Assembly (NCBI GenBank): GCA_003140175.1 | Contig: PLJD01000048.1 | Location: 4,275 to 68,274, forward strand | Source of the DNA: Actinomycetota bacterium | GTDB taxonomy: Bacteria; Actinomycetota; Acidimicrobiia; IMCC26256; PALSA-555 | Length of the DNA: 64,000 nt | Direction of reading: 5' to 3' | Part shown: piece after piece, positions 61,913 to 64,000 of the stretch | How the letters are laid out: every line of letters starts with the position of its first letter | Numbering within the stretch: the first letter of the stretch is position 1 | The notes under the pieces: model-generated | Seen by the model: the letters and a program-made list of their open reading frames with translations, nothing else | Told to the model about the DNA's origin: nothing | Database searches by the model: none | Program-made: the position numbers and the translations under genes

Positions 61913-63574
61913 TCAGCCTCGCCGGGACGGTCGGTCGCCCATGCGGCGCAGGATGGTGCGCCGTCGCTCCTGGAGATCGGCGAAGGTCAGCCGGTCGACG
62001 TCGGCGGGCACCAGGAACCCGGCCTTGATGGCGTCGACGTCGACCTGCGAGGCGCCCGGGTCGACGCCGAGCTCGCGGGCGAGGCGCTCACCGTGGTGGG
62101 TCAAGAAGTACTGGTGGATGTGGACGATCTCGCCGATGAGGTCGAGGTCGGGAGCCAGGGTTGCCGTTGCCGCGTTGAGGAACATCAGGTTCTTCACGAA
62201 CAGCATCAGGTCCTTCGGTGCCCGTGCCCCGTACCCGAGGAGCTTCGTCACAAGATCCTGGAGCTGGTCGACCATCTCGGTGGCCGCCATCTGCGTCGGG
62301 TCTTTGACCGGCTGGTCGAGCTCGAGGTCGCCGAACACCGCGTCGAGGTCGGTGTCGGCCGGGAACGCACCCAGGTCACGCAGCGCGGCGAGCTGGCCTT
62401 TGACGTCCCCGGCGGTCCCGGTGAGCAACAGCCGAAGAAACGCGAGTCGTTGCGGCTCGGCGAGGCGGCCGGTGATCCCAAAATCGAAGAGCACCGTGCG
62501 TCCGCCGGGTTCCACGAGGAGGTTCCCGCTGTGCAGGTCGCCATGGAAGACGCCGTACAGCATGGCGCCCTCCAAACAGGCGATTAGGCCCGCCCGCAGC
62601 ACCTCGGCAGTGTCGACACCGGCCCGCTGCATCGATTCGACGTCGTCGAAGGCGAAACCTTCCAGCCGTTCCATCACCAGCACCCGTCGCGTCACGAGCG
62701 TCGGGTGGGGGCGAGGCACGACCATGGCCCGCTGGCCGGTCTCGGCGAAGACGCGGGCCAGGTCGAGCATGTTCTCCGCCTCGAGGCGAAAATCGAGCTC
62801 CTCGACGATCTGCTCCGCGAACAGCTCGACGAGCGCCGGAGGATTGGCCAGCGACGCGACCGGGATCCGCCCGATGAGGTGGGGGGCCAGCCAGGCGAGC
62901 GCCCGCACGTCCTCGTGCATCAAGGTCGCGACCTGCGGTCGCTGGACCTTGACGACCACCTCTTCGCCGGTTCGGAGTCGCGCCGCGTGGACCTGGGCGA
63001 TCGACGCCGCGGCGAGCGGCGTCTCCTCGAAACTCGCGAACACCGCCTCGAGCGGCTCGCCGAGGTCCTCTTCGACCACCCGCCGGATGGCGGCGATCGG
63101 CTCTGGCGGCACCTGGTCTCGGAGTTTCTTGAACTCCGAGACCAGCTCGTCGGGGAAGAGCCCTTCGAACGCCGACACGATCTGGCCCAGCTTCACGTAC
63201 GTGGACCCGAGCCGCTCGAAGCTGCGCCGCAGCCGCCAGGCCAGCCCGGGGCGGGAGGCAGGTGTCCCTCTCTCCCACACATACCAGGGGACCAGCGCCC
63301 GGCCCAGGCCGGCAACCGACCGGGTCAGGCGGCCAAGCGGCGGGACGCGGTGCCGCTCCAGGAGGCGGGGCACATCGGCGCGGGTGCGGGCCCGCAGCGC
63401 ATCGATCCCCGACAGCCAGCGCAGCTGGTCCGGCTCGACGACCCACGGCCCGGCGTCGGTGAACGCGAACGATCCAGCGTCGGGAGCAGCCGCGGCTCGC
63501 GACTCGGGGGCTCCCACCCGGGGACGGGGGCGCGGCTGATCGGCCTCCGCGCCGTCGACCGGGCTGTCGGCCAC
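61913..63574 (-). CDS. ABC1/UbiB-family atypical kinase
   Basis: YVKLGQIVS, LAAASIAQVHAARL and YGVFHGDLHSGNLLV. The start is uncertain. GTG 63574 is proposed because the longest ORF (to 63847) overlaps the DUF3499 gene. Confidence 0.78.
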   Translation of the reverse strand: MADSPVDGAEADQPRPRPRVGAPESRAAAAPDAGSFAFTDAGPWVVEPDQLRWLSGIDALRARTRADVPRLLERHRVPPLGRLTRSVAGLGRALVPWYVWERGTPASRPGLAWRLRRSFERLGSTYVKLGQIVSAFEGLFPDELVSEFKKLRDQVPPEPIAAIRRVVEEDLGEPLEAVFASFEETPLAAASIAQVHAARLRTGEEVVVKVQRPQVATLMHEDVRALAWLAPHLIGRIPVASLANPPALVELFAEQIVEELDFRLEAENMLDLARVFAETGQRAMVVPRPHPTLVTRRVLVMERLEGFAFDDVESMQRAGVDTAEVLRAGLIACLEGAMLYGVFHGDLHSGNLLVEPGGRTVLFDFGITGRLAEPQRLAFLRLLLTGTAGDVKGQLAALRDLGAFPADTDLDAVFGDLELDQPVKDPTQMAATEMVDQLQDLVTKLLGYGARAPKDLMLFVKNLMFLNAATATLAPDLDLIGEIVHIHQYFLTHHGERLARELGVDPGASQVDVDAIKAGFLVPADVDRLTFADLQERRRTILRRMGDRPSRRG

Positions 63575-63706
63575 AGTGGCGACCGTACTCTCGGCCCGGG
63601 ACCTCGGCGCTCTGGCCCTCGATCGGACGCCGGGATCGCGTCCTGGCCGGCGACCGGACGGGTCGGGATCCGCGGCGCGAAGCGGGCGAGCCGGTACCTT
63701 CGTTTC

Positions 63707-63985
63707 ATGGCGAGGCTGTGCGCGCGCCCTGGGTGTAGCACGCCGGCTGCCGCGACGTTCAACTTCGACGGCCTGAACCGCATCGTCTGGATCAATGCGG
63801 TCGGTGACGCCCCTCGCTACAGCGCGGGCGACCTGTGCTGGCGTCACGCCGACCGGCTACGGCCCCCCCGGAATTGGGAGCTGCGCGACACGCGGCGGGC
63901 GCAGCCCGCGAGTCACCCCGGGCCGGCCGCCCCGACCCGGCATCTCGCGCCGTCGGCGGCGAACGGGTCCAACCCCGACGCGTAG
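63707..63985 (+). CDS. DUF3499 family protein
   Basis: 92 aa. MARLCARPGCSTPAAATFNFDG...DLCWRHADRLRPPRNWELRD matches the DUF3499 pattern (CxxxGC ... LC..H...L..P.GWEL). Confidence 0.65.
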   Translation: MARLCARPGCSTPAAATFNFDGLNRIVWINAVGDAPRYSAGDLCWRHADRLRPPRNWELRDTRRAQPASHPGPAAPTRHLAPSAANGSNPDA

Positions 63986-64000
63986 GCAAGCCCCGCGGCC

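Noticed and set aside
63575-63847. N-terminal 91-codon extension of the UbiB/ABC1 ORF.
   Set aside because: It overlaps the well-patterned DUF3499 gene on the opposite strand and is Arg/Pro-rich. An internal GTG (63574) is more plausible but remains unverified.

Overview
This 64 kb window looks like core chromosome of a very high-GC actinobacterium. Hand counts of typical 60-nt lines give about 75% GC. I cannot name the genus from sequence alone. Nearly all of it is coding: about 65 supportable CDS, three tRNAs (Pro-CGG, Ser-GGA, Ser-CGA) and an SRP (4.5S) RNA.

Recognisable housekeeping blocks:
- asd-lysC
- recR-ybaB-dnaX-ffs-tRNA-Ser-PPOX-tadA-tRNA-Ser
- metY-metX and metF
- lgt, purE, gmd and fpg/nei

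Metabolic blocks:
- An ethylmalonyl-CoA-type set (hbd, meaA/ecm, pccB plus epsilon subunit, epimerase, ccr, thiolase)
- Beta-oxidation-like genes
- Two acyl-CoA synthetases and one FAAL-type ligase

I found no transposase, integrase, prophage, CRISPR array or recognisable defence system.

Observations most worth following up:
1. A divergent metF / FrhB-like (F420- or FAD-type Fe-S) pair, followed co-directionally by a pseudo-receiver, an orphan FAAL and a GT-C glycosyltransferase.
2. A tightly coupled PP2C phosphatase, tail-anchored Ser/Thr kinase and glutamine-synthetase-like operon.
3. An APC-type permease fused to a C-terminal OB-fold. It sits beside two TrkA genes and a kinase-less KdpD-type DUF4118 module.
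4. A single-gene low-GC islet (APC permease) bracketed by perfect hairpins.
5. The conserved but uncharacterised SCO1664 / DUF3090 / histidine-phosphatase triad.
6. A phased array of TCCACA/TGTGGA motifs that includes a perfect actinobacterial DnaA box.
7. A tandem triplication of the 3' end of tRNA-Ser(CGA).
8. A DUF427 gene broken by two opposite homopolymer frameshifts.

All functional calls rest on reading the supplied translations against remembered family signatures. No database search was possible, and start codons are often uncertain.
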